A stretch of DNA of 64,000 bases from Fimbriosthenelais zetlandica (taxonomy: Eukaryota): contig OZ365109.1 of assembly GCA_977030845.1 (NCBI GenBank), positions 61,008,001 through 61,072,000 on the forward strand, in the 5' to 3' direction. Below, in pieces: positions 53,201 to 64,000 of the stretch; the stretch's first letter is position 1; each line of letters opens with the position of its first letter. The notes beneath the pieces were generated by a model. It did no database searches and was not told where the DNA came from. It worked only from the letters and a program-made list of their open reading frames with translations. The position numbers and the translations under genes were made by a program.

Positions 53201-56200
53201 GGAATAAATCACGGCTAGTGATGTATACTTCATCACGGAAACTCTCCTCCTCTCTCGCCTTACAAGTTTCGGCTATGTTCTTAAGGACATCGCTGAAGAA
53301 TCCTTTACCAAAGTCATCATCCTCTGTGTTCATCATGTCCCCTGTTGACAATGCCTGGAATTCATAATATATTCTGAATAACAAATCTCAGTAACGATAA
53401 ATTAGGGGAATTGATGCATGTGGCAGGAGAAAACAGACCAATGTTTATTATATATGCAGCCTAACAAGGATAAAATATTGAACAAATATTGTATATAAAT
53501 TTGGGATTGACTGTAGTGAAATATTAAAAATTATAAATAAAGATAAATCAGCTCAACGATGGGATGAAGCTAAGTTAGGTCCTTAATTTTAATGAATTAA
53601 ATTTTAATCTAACGAAATGATCTAACACTAATGATATGTCATGTTAGTAACAACAGGTTGTCATGGACTGAAAAAGAGTCTCACTCATTTATTATGAACC
53701 CAATGCAACAATGGAAGAAGTAAGGAAACCAAAGAGATAGAACCAAGGCACATCACATATCATTTCAACATGCAGATATATTTATAGACCTTTTTGGAAA
53801 TTTGAGTATGTAATGAGCAAGTTCACCCAAAGATAATTTGGCATAACACCAAAGAACATCCTTAAATAGAATTCGGATATTTCCATTCAATGTTTCCTCA
53901 TTCTCAAAAGTGCAAAGTTCAGACAGTATTTTGATATCATAAAGATCATATCAAGAAATATTCTTAAGACGGAACCCTAGCCATTGAACTCATAGAGTGA
54001 TCCTCAAGACCCCAATGATGATGGAACTCATATATGCTTGCCAACTTGATTCCCGAAATAAAAACGCACACAAAAATCCTTATTTCTAGACTATTACCTT
54101 GAAAAGATGGGACCTGTCATCCACTGTTGAGTTACCCCACTAGCAACCATTTGAAAATCAATTAATAAAAGGTTCATCAAGACTACAATCTAATCGAAAG
54201 CATTAGATAAAAGCATAAGGGTGGAATCAAAGAACACTGCAATTCCTAACATATTCTGCAATCATTGATAGCAATTTGCGTAATTATTATAATGTGTCAG
54301 CTGACTACAACATGCATTAAAATCTGCCTAAAACTTCGTACATCTATATTAAAAATATTTGGAAACGTTATTAATTGATTTATAGCAGATGAAATTGGAT
54401 TAAGCAAAGATTAAATCTCACATCCAGACTGTCGTAGGATTTGTAGAGCTGCATACGGGGACTCATCTGAGAGCCAGAATCAGGCGTGCGAAGGTCATCT
54501 CTGGAGGTGTCAAGGAAGGAGAGAGACGCCCGGGAGGCGGCCATCTCACGCATATCCTCCAGGCTCCGGGTCTTCTCCTGGAGCAAGCGTCTGTAATAAT
54601 GAGTAATTAATTGTATTGTTTAACACTGTCTGGTCGTCATGGCACTCCTTGATGGCCAGACAATTGGGTTATGTACTGATGCATTACGTTCATTGAGGTG
54701 CTTCTGGTTTATTGCTGGTTTGCAAAAATCTGGCCCAAATTTTCATTTTAAAATTCAAATTGACCCTTTCTGCAACAGTTTAATGACATATACATGCGCA
54801 TCAGAAACCTATGGTCACATTTATACAATAATAATTATGACAAAATTGCAAGGAATTGTAGGACACAGTGGCTTACCTGGCCCTGATGAGATGCTTGTTC
54901 TGGTAGTCAAATCTGGGTATACTCCTCATACCTAGAGGTAGTGTTTGTAGGGATAACAGGTTCACCCGCAGTAGCACCACATTACTAGAGCCGTCTGTGT
55001 AAGGGTTACCCTTTTCTTCCAACTGAAATGGTAGGAAGAAATATTTGAAATTATTATACCATTCTCAGGTCAAAATTTCACTTTAAATTGGATATCATAT
55101 CCCATGATGAATATTAATTTCACAATGCGCGGTTCCCAGTGCATTATTCTAGCATGTTTCATAGTTGGTCTAAACAAAAGATATGCTCTCCCTGTTTTAA
55201 AAAAGAGGTGCTTTTGGACAGGTAACCAGACTCTGATATAATTGCTTTATAGATTCTCCTAAACAGACCTAAACAGACTCCTAAACAGCAGTCATTAACC
55301 AGAAAAACTTTGTTATGACCTAAAAACTGAATACATATTAAACAACATGGCAATCCTTTCCAATCACTAGAAATGGGTCGAACATCTTGACCTACCAAAA
55401 AAAAGGAAATGGGTTGGTCATACAGAGATAGGGTTGTTCGATGGAAATGAAGAGAAAGTATTGGGTTTGTGTGAGAGATGTAAAAGTTGATCCTAGTTTG
55501 ATAGCATTCGTGTCACATTCACTGGAGCCATCTGTGGCCAAAACAAGCACACATGTATCCATCTACCTGATCCAGACTTCCCCTCCTTCTCTTCCTCTCA
55601 CTGCTCTATTCAATGTGTCACTTTCAGAGAACACCCACTGCCAACTTTTCAACCTCTCAACAGATCACAGCCACTGGTAAGGTAAACACCAAAAATAAGG
55701 CCTAAAGGGTGTATTGAAGGGGGTACTTCACAATTTAACCATGCACCTCCTTCAAATCACAAGAGCAAATCAGAAGAGCTACTGGCCCCCTTAAGACAGT
55801 TCCTTTAAATTAAAACTCGCTACAGAAATGCAAATGACCTTGGGCCTGTTTCAGAACAACCATTAGCAATGATAAGTCTATGGGATAATTTTACGCTAAA
55901 ACAGGCCCCTGCTATTCAGGGTCATTTGGTCTCAAAATTGTTATAAACTTTCACCATGGCAAAAGCTTTGAACTCTCCTATCTTAAAGGGACAGAGGAAA
56001 TATTCGTCATGGCCTTACAATGTTCTAGGCAGATTGCAATCCCAGTCCAAGACCTCTTTCTTAGATTATGCTCTAACGCATTGATCTGGAAAAGGGCCAG
56101 GGATTTCAGTGTCCAACACGAAGATGAAAGTGCTCAACATATATGTAAACAAGTTTCCTTTACCAGTTCCAGATCAACATGTATTTCTTGTGCACCAACT

Positions 56201-58344
56201 GCACTTTAGATACATCTAACTTAGACACAGAACTAAGACTGAGTCCAATGATATTCATGCCAAGTCTTCTTTACCCACCTCAACTTTCATTCTAATTCTC
56301 AACACTTTTAGGTCCTGCCACTTGCCTAAACTTCGTACAAAATGTTATTTTACCAATCTAGATAACGAAAGGATTACAGAACTCGTTCATAATCCCGATG
56401 GTTAGTTTCATAGAGAAGTTACTTTATTTCCATTTTATTGGCAAGAACCTACTGTAGTATGGCTATTTCGCACTAAACTGTCCTACGTTGACGGTTCTAA
56501 TTCCACCTAGCTTTCAATGGCCTGCCACATGTTCCCAGTTTTGTATACACCACCTGTCATTTTCTGCAGGTATCTGGAAATATTCCCAATCTTTTGGCTG
56601 AGAAAAGAGATGTTTTTGGCACTGTACACGTCAATCAGCATAACTGCCCCACTTCCCCATGTTGTTGACCATTCAGAGGGGAAAAAGTCTAAGGGCATAG
56701 ACTGGGACTCGAACTTAAAGCTTATAATTCACAGCTGGTTCAGTTACCCGTCCAACCGACTGAAGCATTACAGTTCAAGCTATAATGTTTATTATATACG
56801 GTCCGTCTTCTTTGAAGCCAAAAGAAAATATCATATTGCACGAGGCGATTCTCATTTTTCTTCAAATGATGGTTAGTTAATACCTCTGTGATACGTGAGG
56901 TGAATTGGAATATGTTTAAAGTTTTCCAATGACCGCCATCTGTCAGAAAGCTGGAGTCTAAACCTGTCACACCCCCACTGCTTTCTTTGATGAATTCTTC
57001 AGCTATATTGATACAAAAACACCTTATAAACCCGATTTGTCCTGGGGATGTTGCAACACCTGATATTTATAGCTGAAATTAATGGAAACTACTTGCTTAA
57101 GGATCAATGACAAGTATAAAAATTCTAAGTATAAAAAAAGAAAAGTTGATTACTGAAGTGATGCTACACTAACAGACTTGAGTTCACAATTCTGATGAAC
57201 ATTGTGATAAAAAGCTATATGACAATTTTCTTTCAGCATGAAAAATATGTATTTAATTGAGCATACAATCTTCATCAGCGTCAATATGTAACCAGTCTTG
57301 CTTGGAAAGTCTTACAGATGTTTATCAATTAAACATATGACTGTGTCTAGGGGTCTGCAGACCCAGGAGCCAACTCATATAGAAAGAGAGTAGACCTTGT
57401 CATAGAGGCTAGACAAATAGCTGGAGTAAATAAGAGGATGGCTACTCCAATAAAAGCCAAAGGACAACCTCACAAGAGGGTCATAAAGATCAAAGTGATT
57501 TAGGTCCACTTCGCTCAGATTTCCTGAATAGCAGCTAAATCCAAATTGACATAAGCTTAAATTCGATTATGCAAGTTTCCAATTACCGAATTAAAAATAG
57601 AAAATTTAATAGATAGTGGATAGTTAAAGGTGAAAGAGGGGGAGGCAGGTAAAATGTAGTTGTTACTATAATGGAGGATTGTAAGAATTATCCTTTTTTG
57701 TAAGAAATTTTCTTTCCTAATTTAGGAAAACACTTGAATTCAAGTTCCCTTTTGATTTCCCAATGTAGATGTTATTCTCAAATTTATTTTGACATCTATG
57801 AGAGTGGGAGTGCAATTATTTTCTGCCTTCAATAATGCATCTAGACATGGCTCAGGTCAGACAGTTCATATTTGTAATGTATGCGTGAATATTATGTATA
57901 CTTGCCATGCACACATGGGAACATACCCTATCAATATTGACATTTAAGCTTTCCTTACCATCTGTACTGACAGAAACATAGAGATTCATGTTCGCTAGAT
58001 AAAACCCTTAGCCCTACCCCATTTCTTGATCTATACATGGGATAAAAATTATTTACTCAGAGCCAAATGCTATAGGGTAAGTCGCACAAACCAACCTAGA
58101 TAGTAGAAAGTCTTGTATTACCCAAAGCAACTTGGAATTCGTGGATTGCCTTTATTTTTCTATTTTTCAATCGTTATAGTTTACATACATATCAAGAGTA
58201 ATCTTTGTACTGGTTAAAGTGACTTTAATCCATTTCAGGTAAGTATGAACATGGAAGGACATCATATTTGAAGCAGCAACACGTGGGCTGCACCACATAC
58301 TGGGACATTTGGCTCAGTTCCACCTTCTCACCTGGAGCCATCAT
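50227..58344 (-). CDS. OAS: 2'-5'-oligoadenylate synthetase-like nucleotidyltransferase with N-terminal extension, about 449 aa
   Basis: Exons 58344-58332 (tentative start exon), 54931-54877, 54590-54422, 53354-53061, 52703-52598, 51599-51454, 51296-51108, 50963-50839, 50695-50636, 50419-50227; 1350 nt, phases consistent. NTase signature FGSQGSGTSTRSRMDVDLVIY, third Asp in GGVDVDIHFSYD, then LQKKF, IIKVVKHW and LVRDPANPGFNVA, collinear with OAS1. The core (50227-54931) is well supported; the first exon is an inference. Confidence 0.85.
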
Positions 58345-59649
58345 ACCTGTGGGGACAATCTACTAATGGCATTAGTCTTGCACCTGTCCTTAACTCCATA
58401 CTCTATCCAAAAACCCCCATTCTTTCCCTCGAAATAATGTTATCTTATCTTCATATAGACCTTCACATGCATAATTATTAAAAGTCCCAAACTATGTTAA
58501 ATATGAAAATACTTTTTAAATGATAACATCAAATAATGGCATTTGTATTCCACAATTGAGGCAGCAATCTTATTAATTTAATTTCTGATCTGCCCAATTC
58601 TAAAGCCATAAAGCTAAAACAAAATAGCCGTCACCATGTTGTTGTTTTGCTTGGAACAAGGCCTTGACATCAATCCAAATGATCAATGAAAATCTCATCA
58701 ACTGGGTAGTGTCTGCATGTCAACCTATAGTACAGTCGGTGTCAATGTCCTCATCACTTTTTAACTCATCATGATCAGTCTATTTTGAAGCCAGATCAGT
58801 GCACAATATAAGCTCGTATTGCACTTTTGCCAAAGCTCAAAATCTGATATCAATAACAATTGATTCCTCGTGAAATGACTTTTCATAAAGCCGACATATG
58901 ATAATAAATGGACTAAAATCTGTGTATTTCTGAGTCATTGACTCAATGTACCCTGTCCCCAAGTATAGGCTAGATGTCACCATTGAACTGTTGTGCCACA
59001 GTTGGACATTTTCAACCCCGTGACCATGTGGTTGGTCATGTGACCATTTTTACCTAGATTTACTTGAAAGGGGCACCACACATGCATGTAAAAAAGAATT
59101 AGTGGAAGCCTGAAAGGCAAAGAAAAGTTTAGTCAAAGCGTTTAAATAATGATATTTTCTGCAGATTCTGCCGGAATAAAAATGAATTATGCCTTACTGC
59201 ATACACGCTCTGTCTATCTTGGCCTATTTCATAAAAGTGATAATGTTACAGATTAATTCTGCATCCCTAAAAAGATACATGATCATTTTTCGTGTCCTAT
59301 GAACCAGAAGATCAACTCAAACAATTACTTGCTCCGTTGATTTTCAGTAACAAAATATGTACACTGATATTCGTGATGCAAATATATTTTTTCTAAGCAT
59401 AAAGGAAAAAGCAGGGTTGGAGAGCAACATAAAATGCAATGATTATACATATCAAGAACCCATTTATTTTGCTGCGTTTATTCTATTCATATGAGGTATG
59501 CATCTGACATGTCCTTTCCTTCCCGCTCATGGGTAAAATGAACCCATTTCAATCTGCAGGTGCGTTTGAAGTGCAGCAATATGTATTCACAAAGTGGCTT
59601 ACATTTGTTTGCCTTCTGACAGCTCTGCTAGGTTTGCATCTCTCGGACA

Positions 59650-59661
59650 TTCTCGCGAGAA
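59650..59661. promoter_or_regulatory. TCTCGCGAGA palindromic promoter motif, candidate OAS promoter
   Basis: TTCTCGCGAGAA in a local CpG patch, about 50 bp upstream (minus strand) of a GTAAGC donor at 59602-59597. Confidence 0.45.
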
Positions 59662-62600
59662 TAGAGTAGTAACGAGATCAGACCGTAAATGGACGTGATG
59701 GAATGAAGTGCAACATGTCAACACTTTAAACTCCCTCCATGTCTGGCTGCCAGCCAATTTTCAAATAATACAGCCCACATTATTGTATTTTGCCTCTTAA
59801 CCGGCTCCTATGTGTATCTGGTTTGAATTGAGATGCGCTTTTTCACTTAAAAAAGTATCAAATGCGATTTTACAGTGTAACACTGCATTTCATTCACATA
59901 GCTGGCCATACAAGTTTCATAATTCATAGATCATCCATGATGAATATCAATAGGCTTAAATTTACAAATTCAGGCTTTTAAAAATCCAATGATGACATTG
60001 AGAGTTAACTATATGTACATGTATGTCGAATATGATTGGGGAGTTGGGAGGGAATTAATAGGCTACATGTAGGTTCTGAAAGTTTTAATATAAGAAATAT
60101 TAAAATACAGTAGTTAATAACATTCTTTTAGAATTCCACCAATATAACCATGAGTATAAAAGGCCTATTAAGTCGTGCAGTCAGAACCCATGTATGAACC
60201 TAGATCAGTGAAAGCTATTTCAATCAATTCAATTGTATTGGTGAATTGAAGTAAAGAGAGAGAACGTGAGGATGATAAGGTAGGAGTGATAACCCTACAC
60301 ATGATCAGTACACTGATGTGGCTCCCTCATAAAAGACAGCCACCATGTAATCAACATGATCTCCATGACAACACTATTTGACTTGTGTGTTTACTCCTGA
60401 TATACAGAGAGAAACACGAGGCAAATACATGGAACCTGTCAGTTGAATAATTTATTAGTTTAACACCAGGAGATCTGCGTGATAATAATTGTTAAAAAAA
60501 AGTTCAAAATAGACCAACGTTTAGGTAGTCTTGAAGAAGATTTGGGTGATATTGTGTCATCCAAAGTTTTCCTATTAAATTCAAGCACCTGTTGTATATT
60601 TTAAACTACACATGTATGTTATAAATCACTTATAATAGTCATAGGAGGAAATTATAATTCACTATGAAATATTAAAGAGCAGTCCCCAAAATTGCCAATT
60701 AAATCTTTGGTAGTGAAAATCAAAAGAAAGTGGTTTAAAGTGAGATTTCTCGTTTTTTAACCGATGCAATTGTTATGGAATGTTGTTTGTTTTGAACCAC
60801 TTAATTTTCTCTTCTTTTTCTGTCTGGCACCTTCTTTTCAATGTCACAATATTTCAACTTTGATGCATTACATAAAGAGTTATAAAAACAAATGCCCAGA
60901 GGCATGAAATGAATCACAGCAGCATATCTGCTAACAGTCAGTATCACATCTTCCAACAGACAATATATATTACATGAACATGTATATTAGAGCCACTAGT
61001 AGTTTACTAATGAAATCTTTTCGTAAATGAAAATTTAATATTAGTAACCAAAAGATCATCATTCACAGAAATGTACGATATTTCCCATAATTTATCATAA
61101 TAGAGCACATAAACTGTGAGCAATGACCAACCACTAAGGCGCTTTGAAATATTAAGCAAATAATTTTGTGAATTTTCATATAATTTCAATTCTACCCGTG
61201 AAAGGTTATTTGCACTATTGATCGCACTTCATTGCCTTATATCACTATTACATGTATAGATGTTTAACTTGTTAGCTAAGCCACCAATGAACCAGTGAAA
61301 TAATTGGACATGAGGTATCACAGATTGTTCATGGCTGACAGGTTGGATCCATATACTCTATTACAAGCATTTCGAAAACAGAACACAGAAAGCATTGTGG
61401 TGCCACTCTTGATAGTATCTCAAGGTGGAAAGCCACAAAAATGTGTTCTGCTGTGATTCATGCTTTTACCTTTAGAACCATGCGACCTTAACAGGTCAAA
61501 ATTTGGTTACAGATAATCTGTATGACCCACTCCACCACACAAGCACCAATTCCCAACCCACCCACATATGATATACCTAGTCCGACTCTCCCTATTTTCT
61601 GAATGTCTATTATCAGTATAATTGATAATCAGTTGATACTAATTTCAGAGATTATGCAATGACATAATTTTGGTATAACTCCCGTTCTTAATTATGCCAG
61701 ATACCAATTGCCTTGTAGGGTCCTTATTAAGCTTGGACTCAAACTTGGATTCATGACAATTTTCTGATCTATGCAGTGAAACTTGTGAATTTCAGTTACC
61801 ATATAACTAGGCCTATATTCTACCATTCTTAGTAGAAGTGTGACTGGAAACAGTTAAGAAATGGAAATAAGTGTTATGTTTAGTCATCAGATGAAGGTGA
61901 ACATCATACAGACATTTCAAGCGCCTTAACCATGTAAGGAGTCAGTAAGTGATATTCATGTTCCAGGTATGTCAGGTAGAAATGTGTCAGTGTCATTCCC
62001 AGTATTATATCTTTAGCCTTAGATTAAACAGACCCATATATAATGATAAACACATCAACAAACCAAATATACCTTTAAATCTGTAAACAGATCTATGCAC
62101 AATGTCACTTTAACCGTGGCATATATCACAATGCTTAAGAATCAAGCAGAATATAGTCATTATAAAATGCATCATTTGAAACTACATAATAATCAAGCTC
62201 AGAAGCCTAGGCTATGAATCACTGACTTCAAACGTACATACGTGATTGTATCATAGATTTAATTAGTTTTTTTCTTCACAGATCATAAAGCATTTCCGGA
62301 CATAGTCATATATATTTGCCCACAACGGAATGCATCAGGCTTAAATTCCAAGCCCTGTTGATGCAATTTAATGGTAACATAATTAAATCCATATAAAGTC
62401 TAACTGACAGGATGTAGTAATCTTATGAACCTACCACTACCTGACCTAGTCGGGATTAATTGAGCCCCCCTGATGAAGACGGAGGTTTGTAATTAAGTTA
62501 ATTAAAGACATTATCTAGTGGTTTGAAACATTCCTCGTGTCAGCCTTGGAGACACTGATCCCTGGGACTCGCCTTGTGCTGTATCTAATGGACAACAATT

Positions 62601-64000
62601 ATACATGTAGGTGGGGGATATTTCCCTATACGTGTACTAGTATAGTAGCTAGACCTAGCCCTGAAATTATGGCTCAGTCAGTGGGTGTTTCTGATTGTTT
62701 GTTTCTGGGCGTAATAATGATCTAAGCTAAGCCCTGTATCAATAACATGAATACATTCATGTGTTTCCTTGCTATATTAAATTGATAAATTTACGAATGT
62801 TTGTATTCATTGAATGTTCCATGGCCAGAGGCTGAAGGGTTCATGTTATTTGCATTAGTAAATTTATATTCTGGTCCGGTCATGGCAGAACTAAACAATA
62901 TGCGGTAGTTATACTACTGTATAGTATTTTTTTGCGTTAGACATTTGTTATATTCTTCTGAATAATAACAATTATGTTGAGTGTAGTTCTGTTCTGACAA
63001 GTCCTACTTAGTTAGATCGCCATCAAATTCGATATGAAAGGTATGAGATCATTAGGAGACTCAGGTCTCTGGCTTCAATCCCAAGGCTCCTATAATGTGA
63101 TCTTTGACCTGGAAGTTCAGGACCATGTTCAACCTTCCTTCTCTTGAAGTTTCTCTAATTGAACTTTTCCACTCTTTCATCTTTTCCTCCCATAGCACCT
63201 TACAATGGGATTTTTGGTTGTCCTCAGAATGTTATATTTTGTAACCATGTGCATGTATTGTTCCTTAGACCCGTTAATGCTGTTCTAAATTAGGGGGTTA
63301 TTTGGGGGTAACTCCTGGTAGATATACCTGTATCAGGTGTTTAAAGGTAAGAATTATGGTCTGACCGATACACCCAGTACAAGATTAAACCATTGAGAAG
63401 GGGTGATTTACTCGCTGGGTGAGATCAGCTGAGATTTATGGCACCCAGATCAGAAGTAATGGGCGGTAAAACATGACACTTGGCATGCTTGTCCTTGACA
63501 TGCTTGACTAACAAACCATTCCTACACTATGTAAGTGTTTCTTCCCAATTTTCACTTTTCTAGGTTAAATCTTGTTCTTGGCAAAATAATCTGTTGAAAC
63601 CAACATTCCAATTCTCGGAAATTTAGTTTATAATAATGCACCTCGAATCATGTTTTGCTACAAATACAAATTTTGATCCTGTTCAGTTCAGGTCGTGGTG
63701 GGGGTGAAACAAGGGCAAAGCCTTCAAATTATATCAACTACATGTAGCCTATGTACATACATGCAATTAGTCAAAGCCTGGAGAAAGGCATAGTTTTATA
63801 ACTAACTATACGAGTACAAAAGTTCTAGTGAACTAGTGTTTTTGCCCATAAGAAATTTGGCCATAATTCATTTTTGCCTAAATTTAGTCAGTCCATGGCC
63901 TAGAAATATGAAGTCATATTATATTATATTATATTATATTATTGGACTTGATGAACAGGGACATGCGAGATGAATTAGGTTGGGGAGGTAGTATTTATGT

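Noticed and set aside
55566-55602. Extra OAS exon (ERKRRRGSLDQ|gtagat)
   Set aside because: Its phases (2 to 0) do not fit the neighbouring phase-1 junction. No WW-domain exons were found upstream either.
56507-56970. Overlapping ORFs of 63-119 aa
   Set aside because: No motifs, no consistent splice sites, and ORFs on both strands; probably intronic noise.

Overview
AT-rich, intron-containing eukaryotic DNA from an invertebrate, possibly an echinoderm or hemichordate (inferred only from gene content and oligomer bias). I assembled gene models by hand from splice sites and phases. (1) An ISL2EU/PIF-Harbinger-type two-gene unit at about 2.8-9.7 kb: a spliced THAP-HTH-DDE transposase (+) facing a convergent YqaJ/lambda-exonuclease gene (-). 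I found no terminal inverted repeats (TIRs). (2) A 19-exon EF-hand + WD40 gene of the WDY/WDR49/EFCAB8 type (+, 11002-18434) with one GC-AG intron. (3) An unassigned 7-exon, 361-aa gene (-, 19130-23414), possibly ciliary, with a tandemly duplicated splice acceptor. (4) A 7-exon nicotinic acetylcholine receptor alpha subunit (+, 29770-45930). (5) A 2'-5' oligoadenylate synthetase (OAS)-like nucleotidyltransferase (-, 50227 to about 58344) with a ~155-aa N-terminal extension. Also present: a Tourist-like MITE, a pogo/Tigger-like non-autonomous element, several tandem repeats, RFX X-boxes and dense TAGGCCTA palindromes. No rRNA, tRNA or CRISPR array is supported. The best novelty candidates are the OAS-like protein with its degron-bearing extension and the intact, TIR-less THAP-transposase/YqaJ pair beside an RFX promoter.
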